DNA from: Squalus acanthias
Lineage: Eukaryota
Assembly (NCBI GenBank): GCA_030390025.1
Contig: CM059433.1
Coordinates: 31,684,001 to 31,748,000, forward strand
Reading direction: 5' to 3'
DNA length: 64,000 nucleotides
The notes beneath the pieces are model-generated. The model was not told the DNA's origin. It searched no databases and saw nothing but the letters and a program-made list of their open reading frames with translations. How positions within the stretch are numbered: position 1 is the stretch's first letter; every line of letters begins with the position of its first letter. Shown one piece after another: positions 37,482-51,064 of this stretch. The translations under genes were made by a program, and so were the position numbers.

Positions 37482-40400
37482 TTGTTAGATTTGAGAATAG
37501 CAAGTGAGTGGCCACCGGAAGGGTAGGAAGAGGCAGGCAGTGCAGTAATCCTCTGGGAGTAAGGACTCTCAAACCGATATTCAGCATTAAATACCGGTGA
37601 GGATGACGACACCTCAAAGGAGTGCATTCCCAAGCCTGCCATTGTTAGGCAAAGGACTGCAGAGGGGGCTAGAGCAAAGTGTAGGAACATAAGAACATAA
37701 GAATTAGGAGCAGGAGTAGGAGCAAGAGTAGGCCATACGGCATACGAGCCTGCTCCGCCATTCAATAAGATCATGGCAGATCTTCGACCTCAACTCCACT
37801 TTCCTGCCCGATCCCCATATCCCTTGATTCCCCTAGAATCCAAAAATCTATCTAAATGTCGTAGTAATTGGGGATTCGATCGTCAGGGGGACAGACAGGC
37901 AGTTCTGCTACCGTCAACATGAGACCCGTATGGTATGTTGCCTCCCTGGTGCCAGGGTAAGGGACATCACAGAGAGGGTGCAGAACATTCTGCGGGGGGA
38001 AGGGGAAGAGCTAGAAGTCGTGGTCCATGTCGGAACCACGACATAGGGAGGAAAAGGGTTGAGGTCCTGCAGTCAGAGTTTAAGGAGGTAGGGAGGAAGT
38101 TAAAAGCAGGATCTCAAAGGTAGTAATCTCTGGATTACTCCCAGTACCATACGCCAGTGGTAGTAGAAATAACAAGATATGGCAGGTTAATGCGTAGATA
38201 GAGACATGGTGCAGGAGGGAGGGTTTCAGATTCCTGGGACATTGGGACCCATTCTGTGACAGGAGGGACCTGTTCAAGATGGACGGGTTGCACCTGAACA
38301 GAGCTGGGCCCAATATCCTTGCGGGCAGATTAACTAGTGCTGTGGGGGTGGGTTTAACCTAATTCTCCAGGGAGTTGGGCACCAGGATGTAGTATTAAAA
38401 AGTAAAAACAAGGTGCACAGAGGACAGGAAGAGGCAGTTAGAGTTAGAAATAATACAAAATTAGGTGGGATCATGGAAAATACAAAGAAGTCCAAGTTAG
38501 GTTTGGAGTGCGCGTGTGTAAATGCACAAAGTGTGGTTAATAAGGATGGTGAGCTGCAGGTGCAAATAGCCACGTGGAAATATGATGTAGTGGCGATAAC
38601 TGTGACCTAGCTCAAAAAAGGGGAGGATTGGATGCTTAATATTCCTGGGTACAAGGTATTCAGGAAAGATAGGGAAGGAAAATAGGAGGAGGGGGAGCAG
38701 GTTTGATTAAGGAAAATATTACAGTGCTAGAAAGAGAGAATGTCCTCGAGGGATCAAAGACAGATCTATTTGGTTGGAGTTGAGAAACAATAAAGGAGCT
38801 ATTGCGCTACTTGATGTATTTTATAGGCCACCAAATAGCAAGAAGGAGATAGAGGAGCAGATTTGCAAAGAAATTACTGAGATACAAGAACTATAGTGTA
38901 GTGATAATGGGAGACTTTAACTACTCCAATATTGAATGGGGCAGTAATTGTGTTAAGGGCAGAGAAGGGGAGAAATTTCTGAAGTGTGTTCAGGAGAATT
39001 TTCTTGATCAGTATGTTTCCTGCCCAATGAGGAAGGAGACATTGCTGGATCTAGTCCTGGGAAATGAAGTGGGTCAAGTGGAGAATGTCGCAGTTGGAGA
39101 GTATCTCGGGAATAGTGATAATAGGAGGAGGGCTAAATTCAGCGAAGTGAGGAGAGATCTGGCCTGGGTAAATTGGAGTCAAAGACTGGCAGGCAAAAAT
39201 GCAATGGAGCAATGGGCAGCCTCTAAAGAGGAGATGGTTCAGGTACAGTCTAGGTACATTCCTACAAAGGGGAAAGGGAGGGCAACCTAAGCCAGAGCTC
39301 CCTGGATGACAAAGGAGTTGGAGAGTAGGATGAATCAGAAAAAAGGGGGCGCATGACAGATGTCAGCTTGATAATACAAGGGAGAATCAGGCTGAATATA
39401 AAAGTACAGAGAAGTAAAAAAGGAAATAAGAGGGCCAAAGAGACAGTACGAGAATAGATTGGTGGCTAATATAAAAGGGAATCTAAAGGTCTTCTATAGG
39501 CATATCAACAGTAAAAGGGTTGTCAAAGGAGTGATGGGGCCAATTAGGGACCAAAATGGAGAACTATTGGTGGAGCAGAAGGCATGGCTGAGGTAATAAA
39601 TAAGTACTTTGCATCGGTGTTTACCAAGGAAGAGGACTTTGCCAAAGCTATGGTAAATGAGGAGGTTGCTGGGATACAGGATGAGATAAAAATAGATAAA
39701 GAGGAGGTACTAGACAGATTGACGATAATTAAAGTGAATAAATCAGCCAGTCCGGATGGGATGCATCCTAGGTTACTGAGGGAAATAAAGGTAGAAATTG
39801 CAGAGGTGCTGGTCACAACCTTCCAATCCTCCTTAGATACAGGGGTGGCGCCAAAAGACTGGAGGATTGCAAATGTTACACCCTTGTTCAAAAAAAGGGA
39901 GAAGGATAAACCTAACAATTAGAGGTCAGTCAGTTTAACGTCAGTGGTGGGGAAGCTTTTAGAAACAATAATCCAAGAGAAAATTAACAGCCACTTGAAC
40001 AAGCACGGACTAATAAAGGAGAGCCAGCATGGATTTGTTAAAGACAAATTGTGTTAGACTAACTTGATTGCGTTTTTGATGACGTAACAGAGAGGGTGGA
40101 TGAGGGCAGTGCTGTTGATGTTATGTATATAGACTTTCAAAAGGCGTTTGATAAAGTACCACATATTAGGATTGTTAGCAAAATTGAAGCCCATGGGATA
40201 AAAGGGGCAGTAGCAGCATGGATACAAAATTGGCTACAAGATAGAAGAAAGAAAGTTGTGGTGAATGGCTGTTTTTCAGACTGGAGGGAGACATACAGTG
40301 GTGTTCCCCAAGGTTCAGTGCCAGGACCACTGTTGTTTTTGATAAACATTAACGACTTGGACTTGGGTGTACAGGGCACAATTTCGAAATTTGCAGATGA

Positions 40401-41415
40401 CACGAAACTTGGAAGTGTAGTAAACAGTGAGAAAGATAATAATAGGCCCCAAGAGGACATAGACAGGCTGGTGGAATGCACGGACACATGGCAGATGAAA
40501 TTCAATGCAGAGAAGTGCGAGGTGATACATTTTGGTAGTAAGAATGAGGAGAGACAGTACACACTAAATGGTACAATTTTAAAGGGAGTGCAAGAACAGA
40601 GAGACTTGGGGGTGCTTGTGCACAAATCTTTGAATATGTGGTACTTTATCAAACACCTTTTGAAAGTCTATATACACAACATCAACAGCACTGCCCTCAT
40701 CCACCCTTTCTGTTACGTCATCAAAAACGCAATCAGGTTAGTCAAACACAGGACAGGTTAACAAAGCAGTTAATAAAGCATATGGGATCCTAGGCTTTAT
40801 AAATAGAGGCATAGAGTACAAAAGCCAGGAAACCTATATAAAACACTAGTTCAACCCCAGCTGGAGTATTGTGTACAATTCTGGGCAACACATTTTAGGA
40901 AGGGCGTGAAGGCTTTGGAGGGGGTACAGAAGAAATTTGCTAGAATGATTCCAGGGATGAGGGAATACAGTTACATGGATAGACTAGAGAAGGTGGGGTT
41001 GTTCTCCTTAGGGCAGAGAAGGTTAAGAGAAGATTTGATAGAGGTGTTTAAAATCATGAAGGATTTAGATAGAGTAAATAAAGAGAAACTGTTTCCAATG
41101 GCTGAGGGGTCGATAATCAAAGGGCACAGATTTAAGGTGATTGGTAAAAGAAACAGAGGCGACATGAGGAAAAACTTTTTTACACAACGAGTGGTTAGGA
41201 TTTGGAATGCACTGCCTGATAGGGTGGTGGATACAGATTCATCAGTAGTCTTTAAAGGGAATTGGGTAAATACTTGAAGGAGAAAATATTGTAGGGATAT
41301 GGGGAAAAAGTGGGGAATGGGACTAACTGGCTTGCTCTTTGAAAGAGCCAGCACAGACTCGATGGGCAGAATGGCCTCCTTCTGCGCCGTATTATTCTAT
41401 GTCTCTCTGATTCTA
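37482..41415 (+). mobile_element. Near full-length decayed CR1 (ORF1 SGNH esterase, APE endonuclease, RT, 3'UTR)
   Basis: VVIGDSIVRGTDR..DGLHL; NAQS..YDVVAIT, YRPP, IMGDFN, LLDLVL; FADD; attctatg tail; TGGTC at both junctions; nested minus-strand CR1 tail ~37684-37856. Confidence 0.9.
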
Positions 41416-41435
41416 TGGTCAGACCACTTGCTCCC

Positions 41436-42617
41436 ATGAGTGCTCTAGTTGTCATATGCCTTGGTCTGCAGCATGACAGGGAGATGGAGCAGAGGCAGCG
41501 AAGAAGAGGACAAGCTGCTCGCAGAGGGAGGAGGAGGAGGGGGGAAGAACTTGCAGCAGGAGGCCTTACCCACCTAGGATCTTCTGAGAGCATTTCTCTT
41601 ACCCCAACCTGAGCCAGGAGCAGTGTGTCAGGCGTCTGCGTTTTACGAAGGAGGTGCTCACAGAACTCTGCCACTTCTTGCAACCAGACCTGCAGCCTCA
41701 CTCCAGGGCAAGGACAGTGCTGCCAATGGCTGTGAAGGTGACCGTGGCCCTGAATTTCTTCGCGTAGGGATCCTTCCAGCCTGGAGCAGGCGAAATCTAT
41801 AACATCTCCCAGTTTGCTGTCCACTGCTGCGTAAGAGAGGTGACAGATGCTCCATATGCCAGGAAAGGGGACTTAATTGTCTTCTTTCTGACCATGGCAT
41901 CCACGTGGCTTTGCCAGGATAGCAGGCTTCCCCATGGTGCAGGGTGCCATCGGCTGCATGCACGTGGCTTTACGGGCACCGCATCTAAATGCTGAGATGT
42001 ATCGCAACCACAAAGGTGCAGTTGGTTTGCGACCATGTTCAGCACATCATGATGGTGAATGCCCGGTATCCTGGCAGCAGTCATGATGCTTTTATTCTGT
42101 GCCAGTCCGCTGTTCCCTCAGTCTTTGAGACACCAAGAAAAACCAGGGGTTGCTACTGGGTGACAAGATCTATCCGCTGACCACCTGGTTCATGAGTCCA
42201 CTCCTCAACCAACTACAGGTGGCCAGCATGCATACAATGAGAGCCATGCTGCCACATTGAATCTGATAGAGCAGACCATTGGCATCCTTAAACAACACTT
42301 CCGCTGCCTGGACCACTCTGGAGGAGCCCTGAAGTACTCACCAACACTGCTCCACAACCTCACCATTATGAGGGTCCAGCCCTTGCCACTAGGCATATGG
42401 TGACCAGCTGAGGAGGAGGCAGAGGAGGAGGATGAGGAGGAGGAGGAGGAAGTGAAAGAGGAGGAGGAGGAAGTAGAAGAGGAGGAAGTAGAAGAGGAGG
42501 AAGTGGAAGAGGAGGAAGTGGAAGAGGAGGAAGCGGAAGGGAGGAAGTGGAAGGGAGAAAGTAAACCAGACAGCCCTTTCTGCCTGGGCTGTCTGTGATC
42601 GATTCGGTACGAGTGAA
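41436..42617 (+). pseudogene. Harbinger DDE nuclease (HARBI1-like), frameshifted
   Basis: LPMAVKVTVALNFFA, ISQFAVHCCVREVTDA, IAGFPMVQGAIGCMHV, VQLVCDH..VNARYPGSSHDAFIL, IEQTIGILKQHFRCLDHSGGAL; Glu-rich (GAG)n tail at 42410-42550. Confidence 0.85.
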
Positions 42618-42848
42618 CACAACCCGAATTCCCCATTCAACAATTGTCCCACACCTTACCTTCAATCTGTTACTGACCATCACAGCATCCTCTTGGCCAC
42701 AGTGCTAAAATAAAAGCCACCACAAAAGAAACATTCCAATCCAACTTACATTCAATAATACGTAACAAAGTCAGCCAATCACTCTTGTGCCTTTCTTTAG
42801 TGCCTGTCTTCCGTGTGCCTTTGAGTGTCCTCGTGCTCCTACGAAGTG

Positions 42849-44343
42849 CTACCCGACTGGTTGCAGCATCACTGGTGGAAGGTTGCTGACTTTCAGTGGG
42901 GGAGACTGAAGATGGCCTTGCAGGATGACCTCAATCAGCTCTGGGCCCAGAAGGCCCGACTGCGGACTGCACCACCTCAGCATGGGCGGCAGCAGTCTGG
43001 CTAACAGGCAAAAGCAAGGGCACAGGCGGAGTAGCAGTGGTGGCAGGACGAATGCTGCCATCCTGAGAGAGGACAGCAGGTTTGTGCTCACGGATCTACT
43101 GCCACTCCCCCAGGGCATCGTGTCAGCATTCCTAGCCATCTGTTGGAGGACAGATTGCTGGACTGCTGTGACACCCTACAAGCCCCTTTCTACTGGTAAA
43201 CCCAGCCACGATGGCAGCAGTCTGGGCTTGCATGACTTCAGTCTGAGCTTCCACTGCAGCAGTCAGGCGTTGGGTAGCTTCTGCTTGTGCTCCAATGGAA
43301 GCTGAGACATCGGCCATCAGACGCTCCATCATGGTTGAACACCAATGGAGCTGCCCACCCCTTCCATGCCAGAAATCATGGGCTCCAAGCTCTGCGCATG
43401 CACTGTGCAAGGTTGGTGCTGGACTCCTCCATGGTGCTTGACATTGCACTCAGGCTTTCTGGCAGACCTGTCAATGTACCAAGCATTTCATTGTGCAATC
43501 CCATCAGAGTTCTTCTGTAGGCCACCCTATTGAAGTCCTCATCTGAGCCCTCTGCAGCAGAATTCGTGTGCAACCTTGCCCTCCAAGGAGCTGGCACCTG
43601 TGCTACCCATTCCCCCTACCCTGGCTTAAGCCCCATGACTCACTACGTGAAGATCCCCCCCCTAAGCTACACTCTAAACTACGCGGAGTGTTAGTATTTG
43701 ATCAGGTGGCTGCGAGTGTCAGATCGAGTGATGGTGTTTCTTCTTCATCATCACTCTTCTCTCCCTCTTGTTCTTGCACCACTAGCTGGGCAAGTTGGAT
43801 TTATTGGGTCTCTGAAATGAGAAAGGTACAAGGGTAGGGTTGTGGTGGGGGCGGTGGAGGACGGGGAAGCAAGACGTATATGCTTATACCATGTGCAGCT
43901 TGTAAGTCAGAAGAGATTGTGGAATGAGGGGGAAGTGGGATGTGAGAAGGAGGATTACATATGAGGATACCAGCATCTTGTATTCTTTCAGCCCCGCTGC
44001 TGGCCACGGGCTCAGTGATGCCCCTCCCAATAATAGCCAGCACCGTCTCCTCCTTGGGTGCAGATGGTGGGATAAGACATTTGAAGATGAATTCACTGAC
44101 CTTGACCACTCGTATGCGGTCACTGAACTTCTTGGTGTACTGCGTCCACGTCCTCGGGGCTACACTTCTGGCATTCACCACAGCGGCTATCTGCCCGCAC
44201 TGCACTTTACACTGTTGCCTGGAGGGCCCCCTGGCCCCCCGTGGAAACAACACCTGTCTCCTTCTAGCCACCTCCTGCACCAAGGCCTCCAGTGCTGCAT
44301 CCGGGAACCTTGGCGCAGGCTCTCTCCTCTGTTGTGCCATCAT
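42849..44343 (-). pseudogene. Harbinger Myb/SANT-like protein, spliced and decayed
   Basis: MAQQRREPAPRFPDAALEALVQEVARRRQVLFP...IAAVVNARSVAPRTWTQYTKKFSDRIRVVK|gtcagt. Confidence 0.85.
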
Positions 44344-46327
44344 TAATTGTTGTTCGCTGTCTTCCCCAGCCAGTTCAATGAACTGCTGCAGACAGAATGC
44401 CCCTCCCTTTTAAGAGGTGCAGACTGCCTTTATGTAGTACAGGCTAGCTTTAATTGGAGCTAGCCTCACACAAACTTGGGCCTCCTGCTGAGCGTTCAGC
44501 CACTCAGCAACGTATTCAGCGCTGGGCTGAATGCCGCAATCATGGAAATGAGCAGGCAGCACAAAGTTCGTGCGCTGCTTGCATACCTCTGAACGGACGC
44601 GGGTTACTTGTGCAACGCAATCCCCACGTCTGTTTTCGGAGGCAAACTAATTTCGAGGCCATCAAGTGTCACCTGTGTCATACTTGATAATTAATTTAAA
44701 AAGTGTTTTGTACTTATTCACAAGTTGTTAGGCACCAACCTTATTTTCTCCGAACAATGCATCAAACCTTTTATTAGCAAGGCGTAGATCTGGAGTGTCC
44801 CATAGAGAGGAACGTGCAGATGCAATGTGCTCATCAGGTACAAGCTGACAGCTAATTCACATCTGGTATTATATAGCATGTGGATGTCTCCCAATCCTGC
44901 CTCTTGCACACATGTGAGCTGTACACGGAGTAAATGGTAGCCTGGCCACAGCAGAATAACCATATCCAAGAGCAGAATGGGCTGTGTTGTTGACAGGGAA
45001 GGTGCAGCACTGCTCAACAACTGGACCTGCCCGCTGTAAGATATGTCTCCAGTGCAAATGGGAGCTCGTCCTCCGACCAAGTGGGAGGCAGCTTGCAAAT
45101 GAAAAGTACGTGAAAGGTGTAAGAGTGTGAGCTTTTGCACAATGTGTACTGCACCATGAGACATCTCGCCTAACATGAAAATTCCAACAGACCCGAAGGA
45201 CTGATGAAACACATAGTAAAGGGAGCTCGTAAAATTATATCTGGAGAATTTTTATGTGACTGTTCTGAAATCAATTGGGCATTATTTCTATCAGTATTCC
45301 AGGTGAAGTAGGCTTGTAGTTATACAGCTTATATATATAATACATATAATATAATATATATTATATATGATATATGCTATACTATATATACTATATAATA
45401 TAAAACAAATATAACATAATATAATACATATGCTGCTAGATGCATTCCCCAGTAATCAACTGTGGATTTTATTGCACAATGTATTATTCATCTGTCATAA
45501 CCATTAATTTTTCAGTCTGGAATCTAAAGTAAAGTCACCACCTTCAGCAGCAGAAAGGAAATAAAGGTGGTGATTTAAAGGAATTTAGCGAGAAGGTTTC
45601 CTCTGTCAGCTGTATGTAATGAAATCATAAACCAGTTCTTCCTAAATGTTTCATGATTCAGTGCACAGAGGAAATCTCCCCAGTTTGGGTCATGCGACTG
45701 ATCCAATAGACATCACAAAGAGACTACCCAAAATAAGGTGCCTTCGGTTGAGTGAAGCAGACATTAGAATTTGGTTTTGGAAAGAGAGAAGGAAGCAGAT
45801 TACACAGAAGCACAAATAGTAAACTGTTTTACTGTAATTGTACTTGTGAGATTGGACAGTGAGTGTGATTTTAGAGAAAGAAACAATGAGCACAATTGCA
45901 TTAGAAGGAACTGTGTTTTCTTAGAGGTGTTAATATATACAATACATTGTGAAAGTGAATTCTGAGACTGTAAATTCTTTCAAAAGGCAGTAGGACAGAT
46001 TTCTGCTAAGGGAGTTATAGAGCAGGTTTAATATAAACACAGGGTAACGTTGTAAGAGAGTGGTTGTGTTTTATTGCAGATTGTGCATTGGGATGACATA
46101 GACCTGGAATTTCCTCAAATGATGCAACTGGCAATTTACGTTAAAATTTATGCAAATTCTGCCATCGGTAATTTACACTGAAATTTCCTGATAATCTGAT
46201 GAGCATACACCGGGACGTAAATATCAGTGTAAAACAAGTGGACATCAGCATAAACAATCGGGGCCTGAAGAAAGCGTGGGATTGATGTAATTTTCCATCT
46301 TTAAGTCCCTCTTGGGCACATAATCTC

Positions 46328-46688
46328 AGCGGGCACTGCTGAGGGAGTGCTGGACTGTCGGAGGTACTGTATTTCGGATGAGACATTAAACTGAGGCCCT
46401 GCCTGCCCTCTCAGGAAAATGCATATAATTCCATGGCACTGTTCAAAGAACAAACGAACAGCAGGCGAGTTCTCCCCAGTGGCCTGGCCAACATTTATCC
46501 TCAACCTACATCACTAAAACAGATTATCTGGTCATTATCACATTGCTGTTTATGGGACCTTGCTATGTACAAATTAACTGCCGTGTTTCCTACATTACAA
46601 CAATGAACTCACTTCAAAACTACGCCATTGGCTGTAAAGTGCTTTGGAACATCCTGAGGTCATGAAAGGCGCTATATAAATGCAAGTC
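46328..46688 (+). mobile_element. Deu-domain SINE, 5'-truncated
   Basis: ctgagggagtgctg...tttcggatgagacattaaa...aaaggcgctatataaatgcaagt. Confidence 0.82.
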
Positions 46689-46903
46689 ACACACCATCCT
46701 GACTTGGAAATATCTCGCCGTTCCTTCATCGTCGCTGGGTCAAAATCCTCAAACTCCCTCCCTAACTGCACTGTGGGAGTGCCTTCACCACACGGGCTGC
46801 AGCGGTTCAAGAAGGCGGCTCACCACCACCTTCTCAAGGGCAACTAGGATTGGGCAATAAATGCTGGCTTCGCCAGCGACGTCCACATCCCATGAAGAAA
46901 TAA
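46684..46903 (+). mobile_element. HHHLLKGN LINE 3' end fused to the SINE tail
   Basis: caagtcacacaccatcctgacttgg...caccaccttctcaagggcaactagg...aataaa. Confidence 0.8.
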
Positions 46904-47007
46904 AATGTTTGTTTTTTCATTTTGTTTCTCGGTTACTAAATATGAATGTTGAATGTTCAAATATGGTTCAAAACAAAATAAAGCATGATACAACTAAATT
47001 TACCCTA

Positions 47008-47877
47008 GGACCAGATTTTGCTCAGAAAATAATGGTGTCTGAACGACGCATACGCAAATCAACCAGCAACTTGTGGCAAGGAATTGATGCCCCGTGAATT
47101 GTGAATCAGCCTTTAGCTTCACAAAACGGCATCTCACGTTTAACCTCCCCGTGATTTTCATGAAGTTGCTGCATTTGCACATGAATTACTCGTTAAACTC
47201 GCTACAGAATGTTACGTCCAGTAATTAACAGTGTAAATACCATTTTAATGACTTGATAATTGTTAATGACTGCCAATCAACCGCTCTGGCCCAGAAAGTG
47301 AACAATTAAAAGTGTGGAGTCTCATTCCTTCAGGTTATGAATTCAGGAGATTTTAAAAATAACAAATTTTACATTTTACATTTTTTTCTTACTTTTCTTT
47401 TCTGCCTCTTTTTTCTCTCTCTCTTAATCTAATCTTTCTTTCTCTCTCTTTATCACTCTTTCTGTACATGATTTAGCATTGAATTCACCCCCTTGATGCA
47501 CCCTCCTTCTCAGTCCTTCCTCTGTTTTATTCTCTATCCTTATAGAACCACAGCATCATGGAATAGTACTGCACAGAAGGAGGCCAGTCAGCCTATCGAG
47601 TCTGCGCTGGCTCTTTCAAAGAGCAATCGAGTTAACCCTACTCCCGCACTCTTTCCCCATATCCCTGCAAGCTTTTCTCCTTAAGTCTCATTGGTTGAGG
47701 AGATAGACTGTTAGACCCATCGTTCACCAAGGTCCCAGATACCCAGTTGCCCTCGCTGCGCTGTTATCAGCTTGCACTTCCAGCAACTTTGTGAAAATGT
47801 GATAACCTAAACATGCACAAACAAGTCTAAATAACGGGGCACGCTGCGAGATACCCCACTCCAGCAAAATCTGGCCG
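47008..47877. mobile_element. MITE with a nested minus-strand CR1 tail (~47541-47685)
   Basis: TIR GGACCAGATTTTGCT / AGCAAAATCTGGCCG; flanks CTA/ATA. Confidence 0.75.
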
Positions 47878-49467
47878 ATACTGTCTTCCACTCTTTATCT
47901 GTTTTCCTCTCTCACTCTTGCTCCACCTAACTCACTTTTGTCTTTCTCCCTGTCTTTCTCTCTGGCTCTATCTCTCCCCCTCTCAATTTCTCCAACTCTG
48001 CCTCTCTTTCTCCATTCCCCTTTTCTCTCTCTCCTCTGTCTTCTTTCTTTATCACTCTAACTCTCTTTTTCTTTCTCCCTCTCCTCCGTGTCTGTCTTCC
48101 AGCCTTTGGCTCTTTCTCTTTCTCTCTTGCGTGCACTCTTTTTGTCTGTTCCTCTTTCTCACACACAGACGCGCAATAGTCTTAGTATCAATGAGGGAAA
48201 AAAAGTCTAGAATTTACCAAAGAACCTTTAGATAAAAGTACCATTCATCATAATTTACACTCTTTTCAGGTTTTATCCCCCAAAAAATTGATTATCTCTC
48301 AAGCTTTCTGTGTTTTTTTATTTCCGATGAGATTGTTCATTCAACTGAAAAGAGACAAATCTTGAGCAACTTGTGCTTGTGAAGTCCAAATGAAGGAGGA
48401 GGCAGCATTCTACTGAGAAATATAAGTTCATTGTTGAGCTTCAAGATTAAATAAAAGAAGGGACAGCTGCTGTTTTCTATCTCTGAGGAAAAATACAAAC
48501 AATTTAATTCAGTAATAAATAATAGTTAAAATTTAAGCATTACCTGAAGGGACAAAAAGAGAATTTATTCCCTGGTGTGTTTGGGAAAAATTTGAATCTG
48601 AGAAAGACAAAAATCCTCTCACAAGACAAACAGCAGTGAGAAAATCTTATTGATGCCTGGTGGGAAATTGTGCACAGTGTACATGCTCAGACTGCTTACC
48701 TCCCTGAAGCTAATTTAGTGACAGCTCTCGGTCAAAATATAAACTTTGTGTTCAGGCCTTTGAGCGAGACCGAGACCTTGAAGTAAAAGCTTTAATGAAT
48801 GTACCAAATGACACAAAAGGCTATATAGGGCTAGAAATTCGGTATCGCCCCAGTTGGGGTGCTAAATTAAAAAAAGTTGGAGAATTTGAGCCAGGCGCTA
48901 ATCCTTCTGACCTCCCGCTAAATTGATTGTTAGCACTCCAAGAGAGAACTGGAGCGCTAAATCAAGCGCTAATCACCTAACTTAGGGGGCTACACACAGA
49001 GAGTGTGGCGCTACCCACAGAGCGACAACCAATTTCAGGTGCACTCCAATTGGAACTCATCATTCACACTGGCTCCTTCCAGTTCTTAAAGGGGAGGTTC
49101 AATCATTCAGCACAACCTCATTCTCAACATTGCTGGCTCTGAAGGCGACCTCCAAGCAACCCAACAGCTCCACCTCTTATCCTCATGGCTGATCCCAGTC
49201 CCAGGGAGAGAACTTGCCGTTTCAGTGACCAGGCATTGGAGGCATTGGTCACGGTAGTTGAAAGAAGGAGGGCAGCGCTGTTCCCGGCCACTGGCAGGAG
49301 GCCATTGCTCCATGTCTTCAGGGCAATGTGGAGCGAAGTGGCCTAGGATGTCTCGGCCAGCAGTGTGGTCCTCAGGACCCTCACACAGTGCCATAAAAAA
49401 TTCAACGACCTCACTCGGGTGGTCAGGGTGAGTACATGTTTCAACAAATCCTACATACAAGTACGGA

Positions 49468-50026
49468 GGCACAAGTAAGGAGTGTGGCGTAAGGCACAAG
49501 TAATGAGTGTGATGGAATACTCTCCACTTGCCTGGATGAGTGCAGCTCCAACAACACTCAAGAAGCTCGACACCATCCAGGACAAAGCAGCCCGCTTGAT
49601 TGGCACCCCATCCGCCACCTTAAACATTCACTCCCTCCACCACCGGCGTACCGTGGCTGCAGTGTATACCATCTACAAGATGCACTGCAGCAACTCGCTA
49701 AGGCTTCTTCAGCAGCACCTCCCAAACCCACGACCTCTTCCACCTAGAAGGACAAGGGCAGCAGGCGCATGGGAACACCACCACCTCCAAGTTCCCCTCC
49801 AAGTCACACACCATCCTGACTTAGAAGTATATCGCCGATCCTTCATCGTCGCTGGGTCAAAATCCTGGAACTCCCTACCTAACAGCACTGTGGGAGTACC
49901 ATCACCACACGGACTGCAGCGGTTCAAGAAGGCGGCTCACCACCACCTTCTCAAGGGCAACTAGGGATGGGCAATAAATGCTGGCATTACCAGCGACATC
50001 CTGATCCCATAAACGAATAAAAAAAT
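49468..50026 (+). mobile_element. HHHLLKGN LINE 3' fragment in intron 1 of the Myb gene
   Basis: MEYSPLAWMSAAPTTLKKLDTIQDKAARLI...SWNSLP...HHHLLKGN; A-rich end. Confidence 0.85.
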
Positions 50027-51064
50027 TACCAGCATCTGAACCTCAGTCTGTACACACAGCACAAACCACCACACCACTCATCCACCAAGCATCTCCACCT
50101 ACTCAAACTCACATCCACATCTCATGCCTTGCCTACAATCACAGCTATTCAACTATGGCAGGCACATCTCCCAAACACATAGCTGCACACTCACACACTT
50201 TCCTTTCTCTTGCAGGCCAATCTGGCCCACAATAGGAGGGAGCAGCAACGAACAGGTGGTGGTGTAGCGGACATCCAACAGCTTACAGACCTGGAGGAGC
50301 AAGTGTTGAGAGTCATTGTGTGCCAGGTGGTGGGCGCCATAGCCGTCGGCGACGTTGACCCCCTTGGGAGCAACAACGGTATGTTCATCCCCATTCCTTC
50401 TCTCATTCCACTTCCCCCTCACACCATAAGCCTTTCCCACTTTCCAGCTCATTATACTGTCTGCATTCCTTGCTCCGTTCCTGCCCCCCTGCCCTCACCT
50501 TAACACGAGTCTTGTGTCTTTATGCTTTCAGGTAATCAGCAACCAGATGGCCAGCCTGTCCCTGAGCCTCCCAGTGAGAGTGAGGTGAGAGAAGAGGAGG
50601 AAGCAAGCACCGCGGTACTGCATGTCTCACCCACAGGCACCACCTCAGATACTGGGACTATGCAATCGTTAGAGGCTAGTTTAGTGGAGAGGTCTTAAGT
50701 GGGTGATGCACCGGGGACGAGAGGGCTGCAGCAAGGCCAGGGGGAAAGGGTAGCTCGGGAGCCAGCTCCCCGGAGTGTGAGTTCGCACGTGAGTTCTGCT
50801 GACTAGGACACTGATGAGGACCTTGATGGGGAGGCGTTCACAAGAAGGGTGACGGGCAATGAAAAGGGTGCCCGAGAGCCTGTCGACAATGGTAAGGAGC
50901 GTGGAGGAGTCCGCCTCCAACATTGCACAGAGCTCTGCGCACACAATGGAGCCCATTCTTGGCAGTCTGCAAAGGATGGTGGACTCCCTGAGAGACCAGG
51001 GGAACCCAGCCGCGTGTCATGGACGATGTGGCAGCATCCATTGCAGCACAGGCTCAAAGTCTTA

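Larger units (their letters stand above)
36995..44660. mobile_element. Two-gene PIF/Harbinger transposon (element C) split by a CR1
   Basis: Both ends are homologous to the ends of element A; convergent nuclease (+) and Myb (-) remnants. Confidence 0.8.

Noticed and set aside
44718..45212. 164-aa ORF in apparently unique sequence
   Set aside because: It has a non-ATG start, no recognisable domain and no splice support.
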